A DNA stretch of 64,000 nucleotides from Octopus sinensis (GCF_006345805.1 NC_043001.1:75516001-75580000), one strand, 5' to 3'; positions 1 to 13,926 are shown, counted from the first letter of the stretch. Made by a program: numbers and translations. The notes: a model not told the origin generated them from the sequence alone.

Positions 1-601
1 GTAGCGTACATGGTTTTGTTTCCCCACTCTTCACTAATCAATCAAATCACTATTTGAACGCATCTCACATCACGTATGCTATCTATGCTATTTCTATGGG
101 AATAGCCAGGACAGCATACGTAAATGCTATTCTCATGAGAATAGCACTCGTTTCCTATCTTTCCTAAAATATCAAAACTGTTCCGACAACTGAAGCACAC
201 ATGCCTGTATAGTTAAGCTCACTTTAGAATCATTTAGTTTATGGTTCAGTCCCAATAGGTTAAATACTAAACATTTAAATATAAGTAAGGAGGTCGTTCT
301 TTTCGAGTAAAACCGTCAAAGCGGTGCCCCAGCATGGTCACAGTCTAATGAGAGAAACAAGTAAAAGATGAAAGACAAAGATAAAGAATATCTGGTACAT
401 CTACCTAAAAGGTAAACAAATGCTCTGACTACAAAAACATTGTACCCAGAAATAAAATTCAACTTGTACCGATTTGAATATATAACGTCTGAACATACTG
501 TCTTGAAATTCAGATTGCCCGTATCTCAGACATCCAAGATGCCGCAGTTTGAAACTAATACTCCAACTTTAATAACAAATGCTAAGCCAAAACAAGAGAG
601 T

Positions 602-905
602 GGAGGCACATGGCTTAGTGGTTAGAGCAGCGGACTCACGGTCGAGGGATCGCGGGTTCGAATCTCAGAGCGGGCGATGTGTGTGTTTATGAGTGAAACA
701 CCTAAACTCCACGCGGCTCCGGCAGAAGGTAATGGCGAACATCTGCTGACTCTTTCACCACTACTTCCTCTCACTCTATCCTCTTGCAGCTCACCTGCGA
801 CGGACCGGCGTCCCGTCCAGGTGGGGAACCTATATGCCAAGGAAACCGGGAAACCGGCCCTATGTGCCAGGCATGGCTTGAGAGGGAACAAACAACAAAA
901 CAAAA
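602..905 (+). mobile_element. tRNA-derived SINE
   Basis: Head GGAGGCACATGGCTTAGTGGTTAGAGC (Pol III A box) and GGTTCGAATC (B box), then a GC-rich body and an AAC-rich tail; a related copy lies at 24020-24297. Confidence 0.8.
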
Positions 906-1359
906 GAGGCGACAACCAAATCTTTATCAAATCACATACGACCACCTTTAAGAATTACATTCTAAATAATACAGTTGTATACATACTGAAATATTGATTA
1001 TAATTCTTCTCAATCAGGATTAACCTGAAGCTAAACAACATCAATAACACCAACAAGAAATAGAAACACTATAGTAGGTTTTCTTATTTCGCATTCACAT
1101 TTCGCAAGTCACATATTTCTTTCCCTCCTTTTCAAATATGCCACTAAATAATTCCACCTGTAGAATTCCCATCAAATCCTACTCTAACAGTCGAATGTAT
1201 ACTTAATGCCGTTATTCCTTATAGACATCACCACCCAATTGAGTCTCGGTTCCAACAGTAATAACGGTAAGCCTTTTCACAACGAACATTAATTTCGTCA
1301 TTTGGGAAATATTTCCGCTGATACAAAAACACCTTTCTTTCTTTATTTCCTTCCGTCTT

Positions 1360-1365
1360 TCCTTC

Positions 1366-1412
<47 letters not shown>

Positions 1413-1590
1413 TCCCTCCTTCTTTCTTTCTTCCTTTCTTCTTTTTCTTCTTCTTCTTCTTCTTCTTCTTCTTCTTCTTCTTCTTCTTCCTCCTTCTCCT
1501 CATGCTCCTCCTTCTCCTCCTTCGTCGTCTTCTTCTTCTTCTTCTTCTTTTTCTTCTTCTTCTTCTTCTTCTTCTTCTTCTTCTTCTTCT
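1360..1590. repeat. Compound (TTTC)n/(TTC)n microsatellite
   Basis: Directly visible; explains the poly-R/K and poly-S/F ORFs at 1228-1599. Confidence 0.97.
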
Positions 1591-3130
1591 ATTAACCAAA
1601 CCGTCTTTCTCTGATCTTCAACCAATCTAGCAATATTATGGTATTATATTACGCTCTCAGTTACTTTACCCACGCAAACTCATCAACGACTCTCTCCTCC
1701 TTAATGTCATCTCTCATGAATTTATTATTATCATTATTGTTATTTTTATTATTCATGATTTGAGAAAAAGTATACATCAAGAGTTTCGATTCTTCAAAAC
1801 GAATTATACGTGTTGGAATCCATGCAGGTTGTGTGATGTGTGCAAATTTATGTTTTGTTTCTGTATCTTCTATTACATTAAAAGTATTTTTGTAATATAT
1901 ATATGCCCTCTTAGAAGAGTAGTGTTCTGAATATTGTGTATATATGTATGAAATAGGTTCAAATTTTGTATTTTCAGCATATTCCTATCACCACCACAAC
2001 AGTGGTAGTGGTAGTAGAAGGAATTTACATCGAGCACAAGAGCAAGGCCAACAGTATAAATAAAGACTCATTAATAATAGAGAATAAAAATAATAATAAA
2101 CTGCTACAAATATCATAAACCGTAAATGAAAATAAGAAAAGGATGCCACGTATGGCGATTTGACATACCCCATATACAATCCTGGATTAATCTGATTTAC
2201 AATAGGCAAGAGCTCACTCGCAGTTTTTGCCGCCAGTCTACAGCTACACAGTTATTGTAGGCCCACAAACATAAACCAATTTCGATACACTCATCTATTG
2301 TTCATAATATTTTCTGGAGGATAGTACTTCCTTTTCCGTTCTCATCTTCCCCCTCAAATTGTAACCAATGAAGGTGTCGAGAAATTGTCTTAAGAAGAAA
2401 AGCGCTGTCTTCTAATTTTTTTCAGCCACGATTACCATACCAGGTCCTTCACTATTGCTATCATACAGAGGAAGATTGTTGTCTCTTCCTTACCAAAAGC
2501 AGACAGTGATCTGGCCCTCATGCTGGATTCAGATTGCCGGATCTGTCGTGGACTCGATGACATTTGCCGACATAAACCTACTTATCAATAATATATGCTC
2601 ACCAATAGAACGCTTGCTGCTGAATTCGTTATATAGTGTATATCTCCACCTGGATGTTTGTTCAAGCTCCCATACTGTCTTCACCCTAGATTTTAATTAG
2701 GACGGGTAACGCTCCCCAATAGTACTTCCAGACCAAAAGCATTTGAAAGCTATCCATAATCTCCGACCTGAAAGTCTTCTACGAGAGATTATTCAAACTG
2801 TCGCTAGTGAGGTTCAAGATCATTCCCCTGCTTTCATCTTCCATAAATATTCTATAGAATGCAAGAGTTAATAGTTTGCTGACCAAAGGGTTAAGCTGAA
2901 CGAGAGCAGCAAGCGTTCTACAACATTACAGATACGAAAGATCCAGTTGCAATCTGTATTGACCCAGGTCTGCTGTGTGAGTGAAGTGTCGAGCTGCAGG
3001 TGTGTCGTACGAGTAGCAATCACGCTTGTTCTTTGTGGTAGTAATTCAGGAAATTTTGCAGATGTATGATTTTGAACATTTACCTGTGCATCATCAACCA
3101 TGGCATCTCAGATCACATAATAATAATAAC

Positions 3131-3190
<60 letters not shown>

Positions 3191-3194
<4 letters not shown>

Positions 3195-3603
3195 TAAAGA
3201 TCTTGAAATAGAAATCAGCAAAATGTGGAACCTGAAGACTAAAACAATACCTGTTGTCATAGGTGCCCTGGGAATGATAGCAAAAGAGGCTGATAGCTAC
3301 CTAACTCAGATACCAGGAAGCCCCAAAATGGCAGAAATTCAAAAGATAGTGCTCATGGGAACTGCTCATATCCTACGCAAAATACTTTCTATGTAATCTC
3401 AAGGTTTAAAACAAACATAATTTTCGGTTTTTAAAAAAAACTTTTTTTTTAGACATTCATTAGTACAACACCAAAAACTCCCCCCAAAATATATGGCACA
3501 CTAGGCATAACAACAACATGAACTTCCAACCTGTTGTCTCTTGAGGTCTCTGGGTGAGATTTGGAGCCAACTTGTACAAATATAAAGCAAAAGTCAAACA
3601 TAG
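3191..3603 (+). mobile_element. 3' end of an R4/Dong-type non-LTR retrotransposon (C-terminus of the restriction-like endonuclease plus 3' UTR) within (AAT)n
   Basis: Translates as YKDLEIEISKMWNLKTKTIPVVIGALGMIAK...IQKIVLMGTAHILRKILSM*, the typical RLE C-terminus; (AAT)n on both sides (3119-3190 and 3605-3662). Confidence 0.85.
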
Positions 3604-3622
3604 AATAATAATAATAATAATA

Positions 3623-3664
<42 letters not shown>

Positions 3665-4396
3665 TTAAGAAGTAGAAGGAGAATTTAGGGATTCTTTTAT
3701 CGATTCTTCTTATTTCAATTGTCTTCAGTCTTTTTAATCCTCCGCTCATTTTTGTTTCTGTTTTAGCCTTACAATGTGATAACTTATGAATTCCTGCTCG
3801 GCTCTTGAAATAGTGGAAGAAGCAATCGCTTTTTTCTGATTTGTGCGTGTTGCTGTTCTAGGAAAAGCTGTCTTTGTGGCTTACTTTTGTTGTTTCAGTA
3901 TGTTTCCTTTCAGCATCTCGCGCTCTCCTGGAAATGGAAGCCCTTAAATGACCTTTACTACTACAAGTGTAACAGATACATTTTGCACCTTAAAGGAGCT
4001 GTAATAGCGTCTTTCTCTCCTCACTCAGAAGATCAAAGACAGGATTTAACAAAGCACAATTGCTGTATGATAGTGCAAGTTTATGAAAACTCATCCGGCC
4101 GCAGATTATCATAATTGACGACTACTTTGACCATCTGTCCATTATGTGCAATCAACCTTGTTACAAGCCAAAGGTCAGTGTCATTAAAGATTCTTTTGAA
4201 GTGACTTTCGAACTTAGTTCTCCTACATAATATGGGATTGGTCTATAAGCAAGCATGTTATACACTAAACTTGTCTCTTTGTCCTGTCTCCAGTTGTATA
4301 AACAATGCACACAGTACATATGTGTCCATCCTCACTCGGTGTTGGACGTCTCACTCATTGTTACTTGTAGGGGGCAAAAAAAGACCGCTTGCTTCT

Positions 4397-4811
4397 TATT
4401 TCCTTAGTGCTCACAAAGAGCTACACACAGAGGGGACAAACAAGGACTGACAAACGGGTTAAGACAATTATATCGACCCCAGTGCGTAACTGGTACTTAT
4501 TTAATCGACCCCGAAAGGATGGAAGGCAAAGTCGACCTCAGCGGAATTTGAACTTAGAACGTAGCGGCAGACAAAATACCTATTTCTTTACTACCCACAA
4601 GGGGCTAAACACTGAGGGGACAAACAAGGACAGACAAACGGATTAAGTCGATTACATCGACCCCAGTGCGTAACTGGTACTTATTTAATCGATCCCGAAA
4701 GGATGAAAGGCAAAGTTGACCTCGGCGGAATTTGAACTCAGAACGTAATGGCAGACGAAATATCGCTAAGCATTTCGCCCGGTGTGCTGACGTTTCTGCC
4801 AGCTCGCCGCC
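4397..4811 (-). mobile_element. tRNA-derived SINE in dimer-like arrangement (one full unit plus one headless unit)
   Basis: Minus strand starts GGCGGCGAGCTGGCAGAAACG and has the B box GAGTTCAAATTCC; the body with CCTTTCGGG(G/A)TCGA occurs twice. Same family at 16245-16505, 29330-29670 and 47752-47967. Confidence 0.85.
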
Positions 4812-5715
4812 TTCAGGCTCAAGCAATTATTGTTCAATTTTCATACGTAGTATTTCACATTTAAAGTTTTCACATACAGGGAAACTTGTATGTGAAAGTT
4901 TGCAAATCTAGAAATACTTCCTGTAAGAACATGATTCACAAGATCATAATTATGTGCATAATAAACTTGGAATTCCACATCTCATAAATAATTTGATTAT
5001 TGAAGTACATTTGATGGTATACCTCAACCTTGGATATATTGTGAACAGGGAATATAAATTTGTTAAGCAAATATATGCAAGGTACATCAACTATTTCATG
5101 TCAAACTGGAAGCAATCATATCATTTCATAGTCAAAAGAAGATAATTAAAATCAGCCTATAACACGATGAGTATTCCAAGCAAACACATTTTCTCTTCTG
5201 CAAGTCTGTTTAAAGAATCCACGAATGGTGTTTAGAAACTACAGTAAAACTATAACCCGTAATTCATTAATCTACCTTCTTGGATAACTTTAAAATATTT
5301 ACTAGAGACAAATTCAACCGAACCATAAAAATGATGAGAAAAAGCAAATATTAAATTTGATACAGAAATCAGAGAATTAAGAAAGAACATTCATATAAAT
5401 ACTAAGAAACCCATGATTCTTATAAAATATAAGATAGAGAAATAAGAGGAAAATTAGAAAAGAGTAATGTAGGGAATTTAGACTAATATTAAAACATGAA
5501 ATAATATAGCAGGTATAAAAACAATAGTTAATTCAGTTATGAAAATATGATTTCACCACCATAAAGAGAAAGTTCAGTGAATTGAAGAACTCAGAAAAGC
5601 AAGGTAACTTCTAACAGAGTTTTGAAGTTACCAAGCTAAAGCTGATATAGATTGAATATATATATATATAAGAGAGAGAGATTGAACATATATATATATA
5701 TAGAGAGAGAGAGAT

Positions 5716-5765
<50 letters not shown>

Positions 5766-6609
5766 CTAGCATAAGATGGGCGGCATATGATACAAATAAA
5801 AGTACTACAAAATATAAGTAACGATAGTAGGATTAAAAAGATACTTAGATGTAAGAAGAGTAACGAAAGTTTTCAATATTGTAATAAGGGAAAATTAAGA
5901 AAATAAAACCTTTTGTTTATATATAAAGAAACAATATGTACAAACTGAAAACTAGCTACAATAAAGTGAAACTTTCACACAATAACAAAATGATAGAAAA
6001 TTTTAAATATAAAAACACTAACACGAAACAGAAAATTTAAATATACTGACGAAAATAAAAGGAGAGGAAACCATTCTATGGTCAATATCCCACAAAAATC
6101 GACACACAGGATACAAGCTTGAGTGAAAGAAAATAATTGTTCTGAAACTTTAGTCCTAAAGCATATGTGATCTGATTTTAGTTGTAAAAGATCAATGCCT
6201 AATCATTGAATGAAACTGAAAAAAGATACTAATATAAATTGCAGACTATTCATCTAATACAATGAGATGATTGTTGACCATATCATATATTATCTCTGGT
6301 TGCACAGCCTTTGCCAAGCCAGAGTATATTCACAGTCATGATTCAGTAGTTGTGCCCATTGGGTTATATGCCAACAACACTTCGACATAAAACAGTTAAA
6401 AAGTGATATATTCGTGTATTAAAGATGGTACATAGCAACGATTTGACCACAATCACAACCCAATAACATAACATTACATGACCGATGCCTGGTACTATTT
6501 TCTGGGTATTTTCAACCTACTGATAACAGCCCATGGATTATATAATCAACAAATTCACTGCCAGAATTTAAAACATCTAATAATAATCACATAGTATATC
6601 TAGGATCAA

Positions 6610-6815
6610 AGGTCCTTCCCGAACTATAGGCTCATAGGGCTGGTTTTCCAGACTCTGTAGCGCAGAATTATTGATTTTTTTTTCAAGTGTGAGGAGTAGA
6701 GGAATGTGAAATGAAGTGTTTTGCTCAAGAACACAACGCATCGCCTGATTCAAAAATCGGAACCACAATCATACGATCATGAATGCAGCTCCTTAACTTC
6801 TAATCCACGCGCCTC
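6610..6815 (-). mobile_element. tRNA-derived SINE (partial)
   Basis: Reverse complement shares the head and the TGTGTTCTTGAGCAAAACAC body with the copy at 26098-26346. Confidence 0.7.
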
Positions 6816-7109
6816 TACATCACATAGAACACAAACTCCAACAAATTAAGTTAACATAACTCGCATTTGCACATGGGACGAAGCACTATATTGACACAAG
6901 AAACCAAACAATGCAAAGCTCAACTTCAAAAATTTCTATAAAACTTCTATAAAAGAACTTCATTGATAGTACTGTATTCCCAGAAGTCACACGAGAAAGA
7001 GAAGGGTGCATATTTGAGGTAGAAAAATAATTTTAAAAATTTAATGGAAAGAAGTTAGTCAATGCTATCAACTCCAACCATGCACTATCTCTTCTAACTG
7101 GATATTAGA

Positions 7110-7640
7110 ATTGCAGGTGCACCAGATCTAGCATTCGATCCTCAGAAGAGGGTGATAAAATGTCGAGCTTGCTAGCTTCAATTCGCTTTTTCTGTCTATT
7201 CTCATCTATGGTCATGAATGTTGGGTAATGAACGAAGGAATACGATAGAGAGTACCAACTGCCGAAGTGGGGTTCCTTCAAAGGATCCCCACAGTAAAGT
7301 TATTCGATAGGATGCATACGTCGGATCTCAGGGGGTCTCTCCAGAATGGGCTGCTATTTCCCCACATTGAGGGGAAATAGCTCTGGTATTATGGATATTA
7401 TGGATATGAATAGAATGCTGCCAGAAAGAATCCCAAGCCGGGTTCTTCAAGCTAAGCCAACCTGCAGGAGCAACTGGGATAGTTGAACAATATAAAATCT
7501 ATGTTGGTAATGCTTGGAATTCTACTGTCGGAAAGGGTAATGATGGTTGCTTCCGATAAGGCTGTTTGAAGGATGTGCTGGAGAACACAACCCACTACAC
7601 ATTTCCCACCAGAAATAATGGGTGAAGATAGATGGGATTA
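7110..7640 (+). mobile_element. Degraded RTE-clade LINE 3' fragment
   Basis: Frame reads LSILIYGHECWVMNEGIR*RVPTAEVGFLQRI, matching the RTE post-RT motif (YGxExW...AEMxFLRR); contains stops. Confidence 0.7.
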
Positions 7641-7674
7641 TCATTATTACAGAGGTAATAATAATAATAATGAC

Positions 7675-7744
<70 letters not shown>

Positions 7745-7747
<3 letters not shown>

Positions 7748-8301
7748 GCCCTGATGCAGTACCAGGCAGTGGCTCTCATGGCTTCTGATCTTAACTGATT
7801 GGAAGTGTCATCATGTACATTGTTTTGTCTTGGTATAAAAGATGGGCTACAGCAAATATTCTGCTCAATACCACAGATTTGCTTGTCAGTTGTTTGACCT
7901 TAACCAGTTGAGCATGTCCCTTAGTGGCTGACAATACGTGCATCTTTGATCACGAGCAGAAGTAGTGGGGGAGCATCATAGTCATGTGTTGAGAGGGATT
8001 CTTTGGAGTTTGAATAATTCACCTCTGGAAACATAGGGGTTTCGTTCAACATCCTAAAGCAACCCTTATTCAGGGACCTTTTGAGCAGGATGGGCTACTC
8101 GACCTGAAGAAAATTCTAACTGGGCCCCACCTGCAAGGTCATGTGCTGTTTATCTTGATATGAGATCACCATGTCGCGCACATATGGTTGTGATGCATGT
8201 GCCTGGTGTACCTTTATCAGACGGGTAGTCATGATGGGTATATTGAGCTTCGTATATTTTACCCCAGTGTCACTTTGATGGCATGAACTGCTCTCTCACT
8301 C
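7745..8301 (+). mobile_element. 557-bp non-coding interspersed element in (AAT)n, copy 1
   Basis: Closely similar to the reverse complement of 8414-8970; bounded by (AAT)n; a partial third copy lies at 19908-20064. Confidence 0.85.
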
Positions 8302-8329
8302 AATAATAATAATAATAATAATAATAATG

Positions 8330-8413
<84 letters not shown>

Positions 8414-8967
8414 GAGTGAGAGAGCAGTGCATGCCATCAAAGTGACACTAGAGTAAAATATACGAAGCCCAGTATACCCGTCATGACTACCCGTCTGATG
8501 AGGGTTCACTAGGCACATGCATCACAACCATATGTGCGCGACATGGTGATCTCATATCAAGATGAACAGCACATGACCTTGCAGGTGGGGCCTAGTTAGA
8601 ATTTTCTTCAGGTCGAATAGCCCATCCTGCTCAAAAGGTCCCTGAATAAGGGTTGCTTAAGGATGTTTAACGAAACACCCATGTTTCCAGAGGTGAATTA
8701 TCCAAACCCCAAAGAATTCCTCTCAACACATGGCTATGATTCTCCCCCACTACTTCTGCTCATGATCAGAGATGCACATATCGTCAGCCAGTAAGGGACA
8801 TGCTCAACTGGTTAAGGTCAAACAAGTGACAAGCAAATCTGTGGTATTGAGCAGAATAGTTGCTGTAGTCCATCTTTTATACAAAGAAAAAACAATGTAC
8901 ATGATAACACCTCCAATCAGTTAAGATGAGAAGCCATGAGAGCCACTGCCTGGTACTGCATCAGGGC

Positions 8968-8970
<3 letters not shown>
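8414..8970 (-). mobile_element. 557-bp non-coding interspersed element in (AAT)n, copy 2 (inverted)
   Basis: Reverse complement aligns end to end with 7745-8301 (AATGCCCTGATGCAGTACC ... GCTCTCTCACTC). Confidence 0.85.
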
Positions 8971-9031
<61 letters not shown>

Positions 9032-9069
9032 GTTATTATTATTATTATAGCAATAATAACAACAACAAC

Positions 9070-9129
<60 letters not shown>

Positions 9130-9140
9130 TAATAATAATG

Positions 9141-9203
<63 letters not shown>

Positions 9204-9205
<2 letters not shown>

Positions 9206-10575
9206 TTTGTGTTAATTGAGACGAAAACAAACTATGCTGGAGACAATGAGCTGCAAGAAGCCTTGACTAGAGAAGAAAGAAAAAGAGTACCCGCATTAAA
9301 AGGTGCCAACAGAAGAAAGCTGCTAGACACGAATAGGAAAGTTACCAGTAGAATAGATACTAAAAATATAGGTTACACTTAATAATCTATGTAGGAAGGC
9401 TAGCAGTCACTAGAAGATTAGTAATTCCCCAGGGAAATATTAGAAAAGAGCAAATGTGGAAAAGGTGATTAAAAAATAAAGTGAAGACTTTAAGACAAGA
9501 TCTGAGTAGAATAGAAGCCTGGAAACTGAACAAGTAAGAAACATAAGATTCAAATCGCCTCTCGAGTAAAAGAGAAAGGATTTAAGATAGTCATGGAGAG
9601 AACTGAAACAGCGTATCATAGTAGAAGCAGGTAAGCTTTCCAGATATCAGAAAAGAATAGATTATTATCAACAGAAATGTTTATTTGAGACAGACCAGAG
9701 GAGATTCTATAACTAAATAATTAGTGGAGAAGAAATTACCGGCGATGAGAAACCTAATGCAGAAACTAGAAAGATTTGGAGTAATATTTGAGATAAGTCA
9801 GTCGTTCATAATGGAGATACAGCACGGTTAAAGAAAGTGCGGGAAGAAGTAGTCAGTGAGAAGCAGACAGATCTAAGACTAACTGGTGCATTGATGAGAA
9901 AAGTGTTAAGAAAAGTGCCGAATTGGAAGAGTCGAGGACCATATATTCTTCAAGCGTGCTAGTTAAAGAAAAATAGTAGCTTATAAAGGGACTGAGGAAA
10001 CAACTTCCGGATTGCCTAGACGGAGGAGTAATACCAGATTGGATGACTAGAGGGAGAGCAGTACTCCTTATGGAAGACAAAAGCAAGAGTAATGCAGCTA
10101 GTAATTATTGACCAATGCCTTGCTTACCATTACTGCAGAAACTTTTGACAGGAATGCTCTCAGAAAGCATCTACGAGAACCTTGACAATCAGAATGTGTT
10201 GCCAGAAGAATAGAAGGATTGCAGGGAAAAGGCTACAGGAACGCATGATCTATTATACATAGACAAATCAGTTCTAAATGAAGGAAAAGCTAGAAAAAAT
10301 TTAACAATATCATGGATATTATAAGAAAGCCTATAACATGATTTCATACCCATGAATAAGTGAATGTTTGAGTATATCCAGTATCGCAGACAACATAAGA
10401 GAATTAATTAGCTTTATCATGAAGAAATGGAAAGTAGATTTCTATTCAAGTGATACAGGCTTAGGGAAAGTCAATATCAAGAGAGGAATCTCCCAAGGAA
10501 ACTCGTTATTCCCTTAACTATTTGTCTTATGTTTAATTCCCCTTAGTTTAGTATTAAGGTAAGCAAAGGCAAGTA
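9204..10575 (+). mobile_element. Degraded R4/Dong-type LINE (N-terminal region and first half of RT)
   Basis: Broken frames give VPNWKSRGP, NY*PMPCLPLLQKLLTG, LPEE*KDCR...HDLLYID, KKAYNMI and IKRGISQGNSLFP; begins directly after (AAT)n. Confidence 0.8.
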
Positions 10576-10729
10576 TCAGCCCCAAAATAAAGGAAACTTC
10601 TAAAATTCCTATCATGTTTTTCACACATTAACTTGTGTAGGTCGGGCTATGTAAAATGTTAGAGAAAAAAAAAACTAGCTGTTTCTTGCAACATAGACCA
10701 ATGAATAGATCTAAAGCAAAACTTTTATT

Positions 10730-10844
10730 CTGGAGTCCTTAAAAAACGATTGTGGATTCCCAATTTACTTTTTTGTTGCGTGAACCCCCTAAAATTTTAT
10801 ATGGACGCTCAGGGGCCGTATGGACTCCGGTTGAGGACCACTAG
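10730..10844. mobile_element. hAT/Charlie-like MITE terminus
   Basis: Ends CCGGTTGAGGACCACTAG, resembling the hAT terminal consensus GGTTGAGAACCACTG; a similar end AAAAGTTTGAGAACTACTG lies at about 30227-30245. Confidence 0.45.
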
Positions 10845-12069
10845 TTTAAAGTGAAGAACAGTTTCGCAGAATCAACTTCACTCTCTCGTTCGTGTCCAAG
10901 TCAAGACTACTAAGGAAGGAAACCGATGCAAGGGATGACCAAGGCGTCTTGTCTTGCTCTCAGCATTCCACAATACATTGCTGTAGTGTCTTTCTTTCCA
11001 TTCAACCACGAAGGAATCTTCGGCAGAGTCCGCCATATCCAGTCTTCACACGCATCGTAGGAAATCCCTAATATTCTAATTAACCCATAGCTGAGTCCCT
11101 GGCAGGTGCTACAACCCGGGTCAGAGTAGACCCGAGAACAATAGTGGCTAATAGGTGATGCCATACTCCTCAAAAACCCCGAAACTCTAAACTAGCGTCC
11201 CACTAGCAGAAGCGATTTAAAGTCATACCTGGGAAAATCGATAATTAATATGTTGACCTTTTTGTCATGAAGCAGCTTTAGGTTTCCGATGTATTATAGA
11301 TTGAAATGTCAGTGTGCGAAAGTTGCACTGTATTTTCATATTGTCATTTTCAAAGGCACGTGGAGAATTACACATAGAATACAGAACTTTTCCATGGAAT
11401 AGTCGAAACCTAGTGACTTAACTAAGCTACTGTATCTACAAGTGTAGTTTGTCGAACCAAGTGAGGGATATTTAGATACAAATGAGATCTAGTGTCATAG
11501 AAAATACAGGCAACAATGATCGTTTATTCAATAGGAATTTTGGACATTTCTTTCAATATATCACTTCATGCTTGTTTGCGCTAGAATTCTTTAGCGAAAA
11601 TATCAGCAACGTTAAGGTATGCATTTATCGTTGTTCGCTATGGTTAACCTCCATTGCTATCAGGAGGTACGTTTTTGCTACATTAGGTTCAGCTCATTGC
11701 AGATTGAAACCTAAATCAATTTCTTGTGACGATTTTGTTGCTGCGGATATAATCGATTTACTACTTTTTTTTTATCGATCAGGGTCAACAAAAGCGTGAA
11801 ACAAACTTTTTAGTCACTTTATCTGCAGTGGCAGTTACAATAATATTGTTAGGCTTCATATATTATTCTCTGACGTCCAGAATCCTCCTGTTACCTTCTT
11901 TTTTTGTGATGTCTAATTCTTGGCTGCCGAGTTGTATGCGTTGTAATTATTTTAGGTGTGTTGTATCATAGCTTCCGGACTTTAGGTCTGTCACGCCCCA
12001 CTTCCTTATCAAAGAGCCATGTGGTATAGGTAATACTGAAAATATGCTAATGGCAGAGATGATATTTAA

Positions 12070-12490
12070 TATTATCTTTTAATTGTTTCAGTCTCAGGGC
12101 CGTGGCTATGCCGAGTTCTGGGGAATCGCCTTGCTGAGTTTTAGTCGAATAAATCAACAGGAAAATTATTTCTTTTGAGTCTAGTGCTTATTCTATTTTC
12201 TCTTTTGCTGGACCACAAAATGACGGGGTGGTAGACAAACACTGATTGTCAAACGGTGTTGGGTGACAAACACAAAGAAACACAAACACATATACACACA
12301 CATACAAACATATATATACACACGACTGGCTTCCATGTAGTTTCCGTCAAGCTAGTTCGCTCACAGATTGTCGGTCGGCCCAGGCATATTGTAGAGGACC
12401 CTTGCCCAATGTTTTGCGCAGGGGCACTGAACCTGAAACCACATTGTTGGTTGCAAAGCGATCTTGTAAACCACACAGCCATGTCTTCAC
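12070..12490 (-). mobile_element. tRNA-derived SINE with internal (TG)n, diverged
   Basis: Reverse complement matches the family at 14814-15243 (TGGCTGTGTGGT head, GGTTCAGT, GACGGAAAC...AAGCCAGTCG). Confidence 0.7.
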
Positions 12491-13568
12491 CTAAGTTTAA
12501 TTTTTAACATATTTACAGCATGGAGATTCTAAAAAGTAAATGTGGCAAGAAGAAAAGAAAACAATATCAGCCAATGATTATTAATGTTATATTTGACTTG
12601 ATGTCTCTGAAGTAGATATTTGATTTATTTTTACTAAGAAAAACACATGTAATATAGCTATGTATTGTATTAGAGTTCAATCAAGCTGCACAATAGAAAC
12701 AATATAATTTAATATGTTATTGGTAAACAACAGTTTATATTTCAACGAAAAACTAAATTACAGATTAAACTTGTTTTTATCTAACTGTTTTATTAACCAT
12801 TTAAGTTATAAGAGTTTTTTATAAGCCACATGTCAAAAATATATCGGGAGATGTAACTTGCTAATAAGCAATTATAATTGTCATGTTATTTATGAAACGT
12901 AGAAAATTTTCAGTTTTGAAATATCATTAATTTTATCCCTTTCTTGCAGACAGGTTGATATGCTCAAATTGATTAATTAGCTAATTAATTAATTATCTTG
13001 CCTAAAAAGTCAAAGATATATATGTCAGAAATATATTTTAGAAGTTTATCTCAGATAGTACGTGATAGAAACACATGTTAGTTTTCCTGATTAAATACAA
13101 CGCTAATCAAATACTTGAAAGATTTTCCTCGGCAGAAAACAACTTGTTAAGAAATACTGATTAAAATAAACTTCCTGAAATAATTAAATGTAATTGCCTA
13201 ATTATATAAGCGCAAACATACCGTTGATAGTATACATCAAGAATTCTAATTGAGTCACATCTGATATGTTAGTCACGGAGAGCAATGTTAGATAAGATAA
13301 TGGCTCATGTTCTCATAGTATTAGTATTTATAAATGTCAAGTACCTACTTCTGATTTTCCAATTCCAGCTTTTAACGATACGCAAACCAAATCTCTTCCC
13401 TTCATGAACACAATCAGAAAAGTATCTGGTTGACTTACATGATTATATTACTACTCCATTCGAAGTTAGATTATTAATGTCATATATACATATATATATA
13501 TGTGTGCGTGTTTGCATTGTAGCTTTCAAGTGGAGATGCGTTCTAGAGAGAGAGACAGAGATAGAGAT

Positions 13569-13607
<39 letters not shown>

Positions 13608-13696
13608 TGCCCCCTCGTTATCGAGTATGGCCATTGCACGAAGCTTAAGTGTTACTGGTGCTGTGATCGAATGTGCCTTTTTAGTCCAGCTAAAGA

Positions 13697-13708
13697 TCTA
13701 CAATGCCT

Positions 13709-13744
<36 letters not shown>

Positions 13745-13761
13745 AACAGAGAGACAAACAA

Positions 13762-13820
<59 letters not shown>

Positions 13821-13926
13821 TAGATATGCATAAGTTTGTGTAAATGTGTGTGTATGTATGTGTACTGTTTGGCAGTACACATACAATGTCTTGTATATAT
13901 ATATATACAAACAGAGAGACAAACAA

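Noticed and set aside
602-680. tRNA genes at SINE heads (also 14814, 26098, 47752)
   Set aside because: A and B boxes are present, but there is no complete cloverleaf and each continues into a repeated SINE body.
5766-6267. Additional non-autonomous Helitron on the minus strand (CTAG at 5766, TC-like start at 6267)
   Set aside because: No clear subterminal hairpin; the termini could be chance matches.
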